Assembly (NCBI RefSeq): GCF_006345805.1
Contig: NW_021835461.1
Location: 12,086-76,085 of the forward strand
DNA from: Octopus sinensis
Lineage: Eukaryota
Reading direction: 5' to 3'
Length of the DNA: 64,000 bases
Each line of letters begins with the position of its first letter. The first letter of the stretch is position 1. This document shows, in pieces, positions 23,565-38,486 of the stretch. Made by a program: the position numbers and the translations under genes. The notes beneath the pieces are model-generated. The model searched no databases. It was not told where the DNA came from and saw only the letters and a list, made by a program, of their open reading frames with translations.

Positions 23565-24966
23565 ATAATAATAATATAAGAAGAAGAAGAAAAATAATAA
23601 TAATAATAATAATAATTAGAAGAAGAATAATAAGAAAAGTAATAATAATAAGAATAATACGAAGAATAATAATAATAAGAAGATGAATAAGAATAATAAT
23701 AAGAAGAAGAAAAAGAAGAAGAATAATAAGAAGAAGAATAAGAATAATAATAATAATAAGACGAAGAAGAATAAGAATAATAATAATAATAAGAAGAAGA
23801 AGAAAAATAATAATAAGAAGAAGAAGAATTAGAAGAAGAATAATAAGAATAAGAGGAAGAAGAATAAGAAGAAGAATAATAATAAGAAGAAGAGTTATAA
23901 TAAGAATAGTAAGAATAATAATGATAATAATAATAATAATAAGAAGAAGAAGAATAAATATAATAGTAATAATAATAATAAGACGAAGAAGAAGAATAAG
24001 AATAATAATAAAAAGAATAATAAGAATAAGAAGAAGAAGAATAGTAATAATAATAATAATAATAATAGTAATAATAATAATTATAATAAAAATAATAATA
24101 ATAATAATAAGAAGAAGAATAAGAATAGAAAAGAATAATAATAATAATAATAATAATAATATTAATAATAATAATAAAAATAATAATAATAAGAAGAAAA
24201 AGAATAATGATATTATGAATAATAATAATATTAATAATAATAATAATAATAAGAAGAAGAATAATAATAAGAATAATGATATTAATAATAATAATAATGA
24301 GAATAATAATAATAATCATCATCACCATCATCATCATTTAGCGTCCGTTTTCCATGCTAGCATGGGTTGGACGGTTCAACTGGGGTCTGTGAAGCCAGAA
24401 GGCTGCATCAGGCTCAGTCTGATCTGGCAGTGTTTCTACAGCTGGATGCCCTTCCTAACGCCAACCACTCCGTGAGTGTAGTGGGTGCTTTTTATGTGCC
24501 ACCTGCACAGGTGCCAGACAGAGCTGGCAAACGGCCACGAACGGATGGTGCTTTTACGTGTCACCGGCACGGGGGCCAGGCGAGGCTGGCAATGGACACG
24601 AATGGATGGTGCTTTTACGTGCCACCGATGCAGGGGCCAGACAAAGCTGGCAAACGGCCACGAACGGTTCGTGCTTTTATGTGTCACCTGCACGGGGGGC
24701 AGGCGAGGCTGGCAACGGACACGAATGGATGGTGCTTTTACGTGCCACCGACACGGAGGCTAGACGGGACGGCGCCGGCAACAACCAATAATAATAATAA
24801 TAAAAATAATAATAATAAGAAGAAGAATAATAATAAGAATAATAATAATAAAAATAATAATAATAAGAATAACAATAATAATAAGATTAAGAATAATAAT
24901 AATAATAATAAGAAGAAGAATAAAAATAATAATAATAATATGAATAATAATAATAAGATGAATAAG

Positions 24967-25000
<34 letters not shown>

Positions 25001-25075
25001 GAATAATAATAATAAAAGTAATAAGAATAATAATAAGAAGAATAATAGTAATAACAACAATAATAATAAGATTAA

Positions 25076-25114
<39 letters not shown>

Positions 25115-25845
25115 GAAGAAGAAGAAGAAGAAGTAGAAGAAGAAGAAGAAGAAGGTGAATAATAAGAATAATAATTATAGTAATAATAATAATAATAAGA
25201 AGAAGAGTAAGAATTATAATTATAACAATAAGAATAATAATAAGAAGAAGACGAAGAAGAATAAAAAATAATAATAATATGAATAATAATAATAAGATGA
25301 ATAAGATAATAATAATAATAATAATAAAAATAATAAGATTAAGAATAATAATAAGATAATAATAATAATAATAAGAAGAATAATAGTAATAACAACAATA
25401 ATAATAAGATTAAGAATAATAATATAATAATAATAATAATAATAATAATACGAAGAAGAAGAAGAAGAAGAAGTAGAAGAAGAAGAAGAAGAAGAAGAGA
25501 AGGTGAATAATAAGAATAATTATAGTAATAATAATAATAAGAAGAAGAAGAGTAAGAATTATAATTATAACAATAAGAATAATAATAAGAAGAAGACGAA
25601 GAAGAATAAAAAGAATGAGAATAATAATAATAATAATAATAATAATAGTAATAAAAATAATAAGATTAAGAAGAAAAAGAATAACAATAATAAAAATAAT
25701 AATAATAAGAAGAAGAATAATAAGAATAATCAATAATATTGATAACAATAATAGTAATAACAAAAATAAAAAAATAATAATAAGAAGTAGAAAATAAGTA
25801 TATTAAGAATAGTAAGAATAATAATAATAATATTAAAAATAAAAA
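23028..25845 (+). repeat. Compound (AAT)n/(AAG)n microsatellite tract
   Basis: Directly visible; interrupted by a family B copy at 24318-24790. Confidence 0.95.
24318..24790 (-). mobile_element. Family B copy (reverse) with ~62-bp internal units arranged as A/B dimers
   Basis: (CAT)n tail at the left; GTGCTTTTA(C/T)GTG recurs about every 62 bp with alternating spacers (AGACA.AGCTGGCAAACGGCCACGAACGG vs AGGCGAGGCTGGCAA.GGACACGAATGG). Confidence 0.85.
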
Positions 25846-26365
25846 TATTTGGAAAATTTTCACCAAAACTTTTTCGAAAATATTTGCCGAAAATTTTAAC
25901 CAAAAATTTTCACGGAAATTTTTCGAAAATTGTTTCCGAAAATTTTACTCAAAAATTTTACCTAAAAATTTTTCGAAAAATTTTTGCCGAAAATTTTACC
26001 TAAAAATATTTGGAAAATTTTCACCAAAACTTTTTCGAAAATATTTACCGAAAATTTTACCCAAAAATTTTCACGGAAATTTTTCGAAAATTGTTTCCGA
26101 AAATTTTACTCAAAAATTTTACCTAAAAATTTTTCGAAAATTTTCAGCAAAATTTTTGAGTAAAATTTCGTGGATAATTTTCGAAAAATTTTTGGTAAAA
26201 TTTTCGGTGAAAATTTTCGAAAAATGTCGGTGGACATTTTTGGTAAAATTTTCGGCAAAAATTTTAGAAAAATTTCGGTGAAAATTTTTCGGTAAAGTTT
26301 TCGAAAAAAATTTGGTGAAAATTTTCCAAAAATTTTTCGGTAAAATTTTCAAAAAAACCCTAAAA
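25845..26365. repeat. A-tract satellite block folded back on itself
   Basis: Forward GCCGAAAATTTTACC units up to TTTTCGAAAA at 26131-26140, then reverse GGTAAAATTTTCGG units. Confidence 0.85.
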
Positions 26366-26919
26366 AGCTGGAGAATTACGATTTCAGGACACAATAAGCA
26401 CACTATCAAAACTTTTACTGAGAAAAGATATTTGCTGAACACGAGATGATCTTCTTTGAATTTGACGAAAAACGTAGTAGATGCCGGAATAGAAAAGCGT
26501 GAGTGAGAAAAGTTCAATGTACGTGTGTGCATTTGCGTGTGTGTGTGTGTGTGTGTGAGTCTGATGGGGTGTGAGGGGTGAGACGTCAGTCTTCTGCCAT
26601 ATATCAATTTGTATATTCCTTGTGTTATCATGTGCTATAATTCGAAGCAATCCTATTTTCGTTCTGTGAAGTGAAGTTGGGTAATATATGTATAAAAAAT
26701 AAGGTAGAATTGTTATACTTGACAGATTTTTATGAGGTTTATTAACTGGATGGAATAAAGCCGCATGATTGAATTTAGAAACAAAAAAACATGAATGAAA
26801 TCTTACGCGATTTACTTTTGATTTTTTTCAATTTATTAACTTTAGAACATTCAATATGATGCGTAGAAGACAAAATAATAGTTTTCACTCATCTGAAATT
26901 CAACGCTCCAGAAGTCGAA

Positions 26920-27240
26920 GAGTTAGGAAAATACTAGAAGAATAGATAAACACTGGAGACACAAGAGCAACGAAAAGTAGAACTTCAGTTTGAAACAATC
27001 AAGGAAGCCAGTTTGCTGGAATAAAGGACACCAGAGCAGAAACGACAGAGGCTGGATTGTCAAGTCAATAGACAAGCCTGTTTGAGGAAACACGAGACAC
27101 CCGTGCGGAAATGATGGAGGCTGCAATCTGAAGCCTAAGAGAATAGGTGATAGCTTCAAGCTAACGCAGCCAGAAATTCACGTTCCAGAAAAGAAATATC
27201 AGAACAATGATAAATCGGTTTAGAATTTAGATCATTTTCT
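26920..27240 (+). pseudogene. Decayed Helitron-type N-terminal ETxEQRxxRL (STPR-like) repeats
   Basis: One frame: TLETQEQRKVELQ...*RTPEQKRQRLDCQVNRQACLRKHETPVRK*WRLQ..., with several stops. Confidence 0.5.
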
Positions 27241-27669
27241 CGCGAAGAATGGCAACTGTCAGCCTTTATCTATGTACTGACGCTACTATATATGCATATC
27301 TATCTATCTAAAAATTAATACAGAGAGTTGCTTATTTACAAAAAAAAAAGAAATATAACATGTGACTTCATTGACCGAGGTTACCGTGGTCTTTTCCGTA
27401 GGCTTTTCCTTCCACGGGTAAACCTCACCTGTCCTCCCCTTTACACTTCATATTGACATTTCTGTGATTACGATCCCTATTGATCAACTTTTTTTTCCTC
27501 TCCCCTTTCCCCCCTTCTTTTTTTTTAAATCCTCCCCTTTTTTTGTCCTCTTTCTTTCCTTATACGATCCCTTTTGATCGAAAACCAACCCCCTTTTTTT
27601 ACCCTCAAAAGAAAAGCTCTACCTTGTAATTTGTTGTCTGTGTGCAGCCCTGTGTGGCTAATAAAGAAA

Positions 27670-27671
27670 CA

Positions 27672-27717
<46 letters not shown>

Positions 27718-27726
27718 CCTACCTAC

Positions 27727-27776
<50 letters not shown>

Positions 27777-27781
27777 CTCTT

Positions 27782-27853
<72 letters not shown>

Positions 27854-27865
27854 TATATATATGTA
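27670..27865. repeat. Compound microsatellite (CTAT)n(CT)n(AT)n
   Basis: Directly visible. Confidence 0.95.
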
Positions 27866-28289
27866 TGTAACTAGGAACGGAAGTTGACAGGAAGATGATA
27901 GAGAGACATTCAGAGTCGTTGAAGTAGGAAGAGGAAAAGAAAGGGGCTATAAGATAAAATGAGAAAAAGTGAGAGAGAAGACGAAACGATGGGGTCATGG
28001 AAAATAACTAATATGAATAGTGGTGTGACAACGTAAACAGTATGAATATAATAATGCATTTGTAACGCATGCTAGACAGCTCCATCTTTTTAAAGTGGAA
28101 CTAGTTAGCAATCTCAGGTGATAAATGACAAGCATTTCAATAAACCATTTTTGATTTATATTTCACATAAAAGCATATATATGGAAATATATTATTATCA
28201 TTATTATTATAATTATTATTATTATTATTAATATTATTATTATTATTGTTATTATCGTTATTATTATAGTTATTATTATTATTATTATT

Positions 28290-30581
28290 AAAAAATTTTT
28301 CGGAAATTTTACCCAAAAATTTTCACCGAAATTTTTCGAAAATTCTTGCCGAAAATTTTACCCACAAATTTTTAGAAAATTTTACCCAATAATTTTCACC
28401 GAAATTTTTAGAAAATTTTTTCCGAAAATTTTACCCAAAAAATTTCACCGAAATTTTTTGAAAATTCTTGCCGAAAATTTTACCCAAAAATTTATCGAAA
28501 ATTTTGCTCAAAAATTTTCACCGAAATTTTTTCGAAAATTTTTGCTGAAAATTTTACCCAAAAATTTTTCGAAAATTCTTGCCGAAAATTTTACCCAAAA
28601 CTTTTCACCGAAATTTTTCGAAAATTTTACCCACAAATTTTTCGAAAATTTTACCCAATAATTTTCACCGAAATTTTTAGAAAATTTTTTCCGAAAATTT
28701 TACCCAAAAAATTTCACCGAAATTTTTTGAAAATTCTTGCCGAAAATTTTACCCAAAACTTTTCACCGAAATTTTTCCAAAATTTTTGCCGAAAATTTTA
28801 CCCAAAAAATTTTCACCGAAATTTTTCGAAAATTTTTGCTGAAAATTTTACCCAAAAATTTTTCGAAAATTTTTGCCGAAAATTTTACCCAAAACTTTTC
28901 ACCGAAATTTTTCGAAAATTTTACCCACAAATTTTTCGAAAATTTTACCCAATAATTTTCACCGAAATTTTTGGAAAATTCTTGCCGAAAAGTTTACCCA
29001 AAAATTTATCGAAAATTTTACCCACAAATTTTCACCGAAATTTTTCAAAAATTCTTGCCGAAAATTTTCGAAAATTTTCGGCAAGAATTTTCGAAAAATT
29101 TCGGTGAAAATTTGTGGGTGAAATTTTCGAAAAATTCTTTTTGTAAAATTTTCGAAAAATTTCTGTGGATTTTACCCAAAATTTTCCACCGAAATTTTTT
29201 GAAAATTTTACCAAAAATTTTTCCAAAATTTTCCACCAAAATTTACCCAAAGAATTTTTCCAAAATTTACCCAAAAATTTTCACCGAAATTTTTCGAAAA
29301 TTCTTGCCGAAAATTTTACCCACAAATTTTTAGAAAATTTTACCCAATAATTTTCACCGAAATTTTTAGAAAATTTTTTCCGAAAATTTTACCCAAAAAA
29401 TTTCACCGAAATTTTTTGAAAATTCTTGCCGAAAATTTTACCCAAAAATTTATCGAAAATTTTACCCAAAAATTTATCGAAAATTTTGCTCAAAAATTTT
29501 CACCGAAATTTTTTCGAAAATTTTTGCCGAAAATTTTACCCAAAAATTTTTCGAAAATTCTTGCCGAAAATTTTACCCAAAACTTTTCACCGAAATTTTT
29601 CGAAAATTTTACCCACAAATTTTTCGAAAATTTTACCCAAAAATTTTCACCGAAAATTTTCGAAAATTCTTGCCGAAAATTTTACCCAAAAATTTATCGA
29701 AAATTTTACCCACAAATTTTCACCGAAATGTTTCAAAAATTCTTGCCGAAAATTTTCGAAAATTTTCGGCAAGAATTTTTCGAAAAATTTCGGTGAAAAT
29801 TGTGGGTGAAATTTTCGAAAAATTCTTTTTAGTAAAATTTTCGAAAAATTTCTGTGGATTTTACCCAAAAATTTTCCACCGAAATTTTTCGAAAATTTTA
29901 CCAAAAATTTTTCCAAAATTTTCCACCAAAATTTACCCAAAGAATTTTTCCAAAATTTACCCAAAAATTTTCACCGAAATTTTTCCAAAATTTTGCCGAA
30001 AATTTTACCCAAAGATTTCCACCGAAAATTTTCGAAAATTTTCACCGAAAATTTTACCAAAAGCGTTTCGAAAATTTTCCACCAAAATTTTTCGAAAATT
30101 TTACCCAACATTTTTCGAAAATTTTCCCAAACACTTTTCGAAAATTTTCCACCAAAATTTACCCAAAGAATTTTTCGAAAATTTTACCCAAAAATTTTCA
30201 CAGAAATTTTTCGAAAATTCTTGCCGAAAGTTTTACCCACAAATTTTCACCGAAATTTTGCGAAAATCTTTGCCGAAAATTTTGCGCAAAAATTTTCAAC
30301 CAAATTTTCCGTGCAAATTTTGGGAAAAATTTTACCCAAAAATTTCCACCGAAATTTTTCGAAAATTTTACCAAAAATTTTTCGAAAATTTTCCAAGAAA
30401 ATTTTACAAAAAATTTTTCCAAAATTTTCAAATTTTCCCAAAGAATTTTTCGAAACTTTTACCCAAAAATTTTCACCGATATATTTCGAAAATTTTTGCA
30501 AAAATTTTACCCAAAATAATAATAATAATAATAAGGAATAATAGTAATAATAACACCGATAATAATAATAAGAAGAAGAAG

Positions 30582-30623
<42 letters not shown>

Positions 30624-31037
30624 AATAATATTAATAAGAATAATAAGAAGAATAAGAATAATAAGAGAATAATAATAATCATAGTAATAATAATAAAAAA
30701 AAAATAATAATAATAATATAATAATAATAATAATAATAAGACGAATAAGAAGAATATGAATAATAATAATGATAATAATATAATAATAATAATAATAATA
30801 GATGAATAAGAAGAACAAGAATAAGAATAATAATAATAAGAAGAAGAATTTAATAAGATATTAAGAATAATAATAATAAGAAAAATTGTAATAATAATAT
30901 TAATAATAAAAATAATAATAATAAGAAGAAGAATAATAAAAATAATAATAAGAAGAAGAAGAATAAGATAATAATAATAGACGAAGAAAAATAATAATAA
31001 TAATAAGAAGAAAAAGTGTAAGAATAATAATAGGAAA

Positions 31038-31103
<66 letters not shown>

Positions 31104-31115
31104 AATAATAAGATT

Positions 31116-31150
<35 letters not shown>

Positions 31151-32161
31151 GAAAAATAATAAGAAAAATAATAATAATAATAGTAATAATAATAATGAAA
31201 AAATAATAAGAAGAATAATAAGAATAAAAAGAAAAATAATAATAATAATAATAATAAGAAGAAGAAGAAGAATAATAAAAATTTCCGAAAATTTTACCCA
31301 AAAAATTTCACCGAAATTTGTCGAAAATTTTACCCAAAAATCTATCGAAAATTTTGCCCAAAAAATTTCACTGAAATTTTTCGAAAATTCTTGCCGAAAA
31401 TTTTACCCACAAAGTTTTCGAAAATTTTACCCAAAAATTTTCACCGAAATATTTCGAAAATTTTTGCCGAAAATTTTACCCAAAAATTTTTGGAAAATTT
31501 TCACCAAACTTTTTCGAAAATTTTACTCAAATTTTCCGATAATTTTTACCGAAAATTTTACCCCAAAATTTATCGAAAATTTTGGCCAAAAATTTTACCT
31601 AAAACTTTTTCGAAAATTTTACCCAAAAATTTTTACCGTAATTTTTCGAAAATTCTTGCCGAAAATTTTACCCACAAATATTTCGAAAATTGTACCCAAA
31701 AATTTTCACCGAAATTTTTCGGAATTTTTGCCGAAAATTTTACCCAAAAATTTTTTCGAAAATTCTTGCCGAAAATTTTACCCAAAAATTTTCACCGAAA
31801 TTTTTCGAAAATTCTTGCCGAAAGTTTTACCCACAAATTTTCACCGAAATTTTGCGAAAATCTTTGCCGAAAATTTCGCCCAAAAATTTTCAACCAAATT
31901 TTCCGTGCAAATTTTTGGGAAAAATTTTACCCAAAAAATTTCCACCGAAATTTTTCGAAAATTTTCAAAGAAAATTTTACCAAAAATTTTTCAAAAAATT
32001 TTCAAATTTTCCCAAAGAATTTTTCGAAAATTTTACCCAAAAAATTTTCACACGATATATTTCGAAAATTTTTGCAAAAATTTACCCAAAATAATAATAA
32101 TAATGATAAGAAATAATAGTAATAATAACACCGATAATAATAATAATAAGAAGAAGATTAA

Positions 32162-32213
<52 letters not shown>

Positions 32214-32346
32214 AATAATATTAATAAGAATAATAAGAAGAATAAGAATAATAAAGAGAATAATAATAATCATAGTAATAATAAAAAAAAAAATAATAAT
32301 AATAATAATAATAAGACGAATAAGAAGAACAAGAATAATAATAATG

Positions 32347-32381
<35 letters not shown>

Positions 32382-32766
32382 TAGATGAATAAGAAGAACA
32401 AGAATAAGAATAATAATAATAAGAAGAAGAATATTAATAAGAATATTAAGAATAATAATAATAAGAAAAATTGTAATAATAATATAATAATAAAAATAAT
32501 AAGAAGAAGAAGAAGAAGAAGAATAATAATAAGAATAAGAATAAGATAATAATAATAAGACGAAGAAAAATAATAATAAGAAGAAGAATAATTATAACAA
32601 TAATAATAAGAAAAATAATAAGAAAAATAATAAGGAGAACAATTTTAAGAATAATAATAATAATAGGAAGAATAATAATAATAAGAATAATATTACTAAG
32701 AAGAAGAAGATAAATAATAATAATAAGAATAATAATAATAATAATAATAATGAGAATAATAAGATT

Positions 32767-32797
<31 letters not shown>

Positions 32798-33353
32798 TAT
32801 AATAATAAAAAGAAGAATAATAAGAATAATATAATAAAAATAATAATAATAATAGTAATAATAATAATGAAAAAATAATAATAAGAATAATAAGAATAAT
32901 ACTAAGAATAATAAGAATAAAAAGAAAAATAATAATATAATAATAATAATAAGAAGAAGAAGAAGAAGAAGAAGAAGAAAAATTTCCGAAAGTTTTACCC
33001 AAAAAATTTCACCGAAATTTTTCGAAAATCTTTGCCGAAAATTTTGCCCAAAAATTTTCAACCAAATTTTCCGTGCAAAATTTTGTGAAAAATTTTACCC
33101 AAAAAATTTCCACCAAAATTTTTCGAAAATTTTCCATGAAAATTTTACCAAAAATTTTTCGAAAATTTACCACGAAAATTTTACAAAAAATTTTTCCAAA
33201 ATTTTCAAATTTTCCCAAAGAATTTTTCGAAACTTTTACCAAAAAATTTTCACCGATATATTTCGAAAATTTTTGCAAAAATTTACCCAAAATAATAATA
33301 ATATAATAAGAATAATAATAATAATAATAGATGAATAAGAAGAACAAGAATAA

Positions 33354-33396
<43 letters not shown>

Positions 33397-33816
33397 AATA
33401 ATATTAATAAGAATAATAAGAAGAATAAGAATAATAAAGAGAATAATAATAATCATAGTAATAATAATAAAAAAAAAATAATAATAACAATAATAATAAT
33501 AATAATAATAAGACGAATAAGAAGAATATGAATAATAATAATGATAATAATAATAATAATAATAATAATAATTAGATGAATAAGAAGAACAAGAATAAGA
33601 ATAATAATAATAAGAAGAAGAATATTAATAAGAATATTAAGAATAATAATAATAAGAAAAATTGTAATAATAATATTAATAATAAAAATAATAATAATAA
33701 GAAGAAGAATAATAAAAATAATAATAAGAAGAAGAAGAATAAGATAATAATAATAGACGAAGAAAAAAAAAAATAATAATAATAAGAAGAAAAAGTGTAA
33801 GAATAATAATAGGAAA

Positions 33817-33856
<40 letters not shown>

Positions 33857-33893
33857 GAATAATAATAATAATAATAATGAGAATAATAAGATT

Positions 33894-33928
<35 letters not shown>

Positions 33929-35637
33929 GAAAAAAGATAAGAATATATTATAATAATGATAGTAATAATAATAATGAAAAAATAATAAGAAGAATAATAA
34001 GAATAAAAAGAAAAATAATAAAAATAATAATAATAAGAAGAAGAAGAAGAATAATAAAAATTTCCGAAAATTTTACCCAAAAAATTTCACCGAAATTTGT
34101 CGAAAATTTTACCCAAAAAAATCTATCGAAAATTTTGCCCAAAAAATTTCACTGAAATTTTCGAAAATTCTTGCCGAAAATTTTACCCACAAAGTTTTCG
34201 AAAATTTTACCCAAAAATTTTCACCGAAATATTTCGAAAATTTTTGCCGAAAATTTTACCCAAAAATTTTTGGAAAATTTTCACCAAACTTTTTCGAAAA
34301 TTTTACTCAAATTTTCCGATAATTTTTACCGAAAATTTTACCCAAAAATTTATCGAAAATTTTGGCCAAAAATTTTACCTAAAACTTTTTCGAAAATTTT
34401 ACCAAAAATTTTTACCGTAATTTTTCGAAAATTCTTGCCGAAAATTTTACCCACAAATATTTCGAAAATTGTACCCAAAAATTTTCACCGAAATTTTTCG
34501 GAAATTTTTGCCGAAAATTTTACCCAAAAATTTTTTCGAAAATTCTTGCCGAAAATTTTACCCAAAAATTTTCACCGAAATTTTTCGAAAATTCTTGCCG
34601 AAAGTTTTACCCACAAATTTTCACCGAAATTTTGCGAAAATCTTTGCCGAAAATTTTGCCCAAAAATTTTCAACCAAATTTTCCGTGCAAATTTTTGGGA
34701 AAAATTTTACCCAAAAAATTTCCACCGAAATTTTTCGAAAATTTTCAAAGAAAATTTTACCAAAAATTTTTCAAAAAATTTTCAAATTTTCCCAAAGAAT
34801 TTTTCGAAAATTTTACCCAAAAATTTTCACCGATATATTTCGAAAATTTTTGCCGAAAATTTTACCCAAAATAATAATAATAATGATAAGAAATAATAGT
34901 AATAATAACACCGATAATAATAATAATAAGAAGAAGATTAAGAATAATAATAATAATAATAATAATATAATAATAATAATAATAATAATAATACTAATAA
35001 TATTAATAAGAATAATAAGAAGAATAAGAATAATAAAGAGAATAATAATAATCATAGTAATAATAATAATAAAAATAATAATAATAATAATAAAAATAAT
35101 AATAAGAAGAATAAGAAGAACAAGAATAATAATAATGATAATAATAATAATAATAATAATAATAATATAATAAGACGAATAAGAAGAACAAGAATAAGAA
35201 TAATAATAATAGAAGAAGAATATTAATAAGAATATTAAGAATAATAATAATAAGAAAAATTGTAATAATAATATTAATAATAAAAATAATAAGAAGAAGA
35301 AGAAGAAGAAGAAGAAGAATAATAATAAGAATAAGAATAAGATAATAATAATAAGACGAAGAAAAATAATAATAAGAAGAAGAAGAATAATTATAACAAT
35401 AATAATAAGAAAAATAATAAGAAAAATAATAATAAGAAGAAGAATATTAATAAGAATAATAATAATAATAGAAGAATAATAATAATAAGAATAATATTAT
35501 AAGAAGAAGAAGATAAATAATAATAATAATAAGAATAATAATAATATAATATAATAATAAGAATAATAAGAATAATATTATAATAATGATAGTAATAATA
35601 ATAATAATAATATAAATAATAAAAAGAAGAATAATAA

Positions 35638-35669
<32 letters not shown>

Positions 35670-36228
35670 GTAATAATAATAATGAAAAAATAATAATAAG
35701 AATAATAAGAATAATACTAAGAATAATAAGAATAAAAAGAAAAATAATATAATAATAATAATAATAATAAGAAGAAGAAGAAGAAGAAGAAGAAAAATTT
35801 CCGAAAGTTTTACCCAAAAAATTTCACCGAAATTTTTCGAAAATCTTTGCCGAAAATTTTGCCCAAAAAATTTCACCGAAATTTTTCGAAAATTTTTGCT
35901 GAAAATTTTACCCAAAAAATTTCCACCAAAATTTTTCGAAAATTTTCCATGAAAATTTTACCAAAAATTTTTCCAAAATTTTCAAATTTTCGCAAAGAAT
36001 TTTTCGAAAATTTTACCCAAAAATTTTCACCGATATATTTCGAAAATTTTTGCCGAAAATTTTACCCAAAAATTTTCAACGAAATTGTTCGAAAATTGTT
36101 GCTGAAAATTTTACCCAAAATAATAATAATAATAATAAGGAATAATAGTAATAATAATAATAATAAGATTAAGAATATAATTATAATAATAATAATAAGA
36201 AGAAGAAGAAGAATAAGAAGAATAAAGA

Positions 36229-36261
<33 letters not shown>

Positions 36262-36651
36262 GACGAATAAGAAGAACAAGAATAATAATAATGATAATAA
36301 TAATAATTAGATGAATAAGAAGAACAAGAATAAGAATAATAATAATAATAAGAAGAATATTAATACGAATATTAAGAATAATAATAATAAGAAAAATTGT
36401 AATAATAATATTAATAATAAAAAAAATAATAATAAGAAGAAGAATAATAAAAATAATAATAATAAGAAGAAGAAGAATAAGATAATAATAATAAAACGAA
36501 GAAAATTAATAATAATAAGAAGAAGAATAAGTATAAGAATAATAATAGGAAAAATAATAATAAGAATAATAATGAGAAGAATTTTACGAATAATAATAAT
36601 AATAGGAAGAAGAATAATAATAAGAAGAATAATACTAAGAAGAAGAAGATA

Positions 36652-36695
<44 letters not shown>

Positions 36696-37886
36696 GAAGA
36701 ATAATAAGAACAATATTATAATAACAATAGTAATAATAATAAGAATAATAAGAATAAAAAGAAAAATAATAATAATAATAAGAAGAAGAAAATAAAAATT
36801 TCCGAAAATTTTACCCAAAATATTTCACCGAAATTTTTCGAAAATTCTTGCCGAAAATTTTACCCAAAAATCTATCGAAAATTTTGCCCAAAAAATTTCA
36901 CCGAAATTTTTTGAAAATTCTCGCCGAAAATTTTACCCAAAAAGTTTTGGAAAATTTTCACCAAACTTTTTCGAAAATTTTACTCAAAAATTTTTCGATA
37001 ATTTTTACCGAAAATTTTACCCAAAAATTTATCGAAAATTTTGGCCAAAAACTTTACCCAAAAATTTTTCGAAAATTCTAGCCGAAAATTTTACCCAAAA
37101 ATTTTTACCGTAATTTTTCGAAAATTGTTGCCGAAAATTTTACCCACAAATATTTCGAAAATTGTACCCAAAAATTTTCACCGAAATTTTTCGGAAATTT
37201 TTGCCGAAAATTTTACCCAAAAAGTTTTGAAAAATTTTCACCAAAATTTTTTCGAAAATTCTTGCCGAAAATTTTACCCAAAAATTTTCACCGAAATTTT
37301 TCGAAAATTCTTGCCGAAATTTTTACCCACTAATTTTCACCGAAATTTTGCGACAATCTTTGCCTAAAATTTTGCCCAAAAGTTTTCAACCAAATTTTCC
37401 GTGCAAATTTTTGGGAAACATTTTACCCAAAATTTCCACCGAAATTTTTCGAAAATTTTACCAAAAATTTTTCCAAAATTTTCAAATTTTGCCAAAGAAT
37501 TTTTGCCGAAAAGTTTACCCAAAAATTTTGAACGAAATTTTTTGAAAATTCTTGCCGAAAGTTTTACCCACAAATTTTTCAAAAATTTTACCCAAAAATT
37601 TTCACCGATATATTCCGAAAATTTTTGCCGAAAATTTTACCGAAAAATTTTCAACGAAATTTCTCGAAAATTCTTGCCGAAAATTTTACCCAAAATAGTA
37701 ATAATACTAATAAGGAATAATAGTAATAATAACACCGATAATAATAATAATAATAATAATAAGATTAAGAATAATAATAATAATAAGAAGAAGAAGAGGG
37801 AATAATAATAATACTAATAATATTAGTAAGAATAATAATAATAAGAAGAAGAAGAATAATAAAGAGAATAATAATGATAATAATAA

Positions 37887-37917
<31 letters not shown>

Positions 37918-38455
37918 AGGATGAATAAGAAGAACAAGAATAATAATAATGATAATAATAATAATTAGATGAATAAGAAGAACAAGAATAAGAATAATAA
38001 TAAGAAGAAGAAGAATATTAATAAGAATATTAAGAATAATAATAATAAGAAAAATTGTAATAATAATATTAATAATAAAAATAATAATAATAATAAGAAG
38101 AAGAATAAAAATAATAATAAGAAGAAGTAGAATAAGAATAAGATAATAATAATAAGACGAAGAAAAAATTTTCTACGAAAATTTTCCCCAAAATTTTCCC
38201 AAAAATTTTCAAATTTTCCCAAAGAATTTTTCGAAAATTTTACCCAAAAATTTTCAACGAAATTTTTTGAAAATTCTTGCCGAAAATTTTACCCAAAATA
38301 ATAATAATATAATAATAAGGAATAATAGTAATAATAACACCGATAATAATAAGATAATAATAATAATAATAATAATAATACTAATAATATTAATAAGAAT
38401 AATAAGAAGAAGAATAAGAATAATAATAATAAAAGAAGAATATTAATAAGAATAA

Positions 38456-38486
<31 letters not shown>

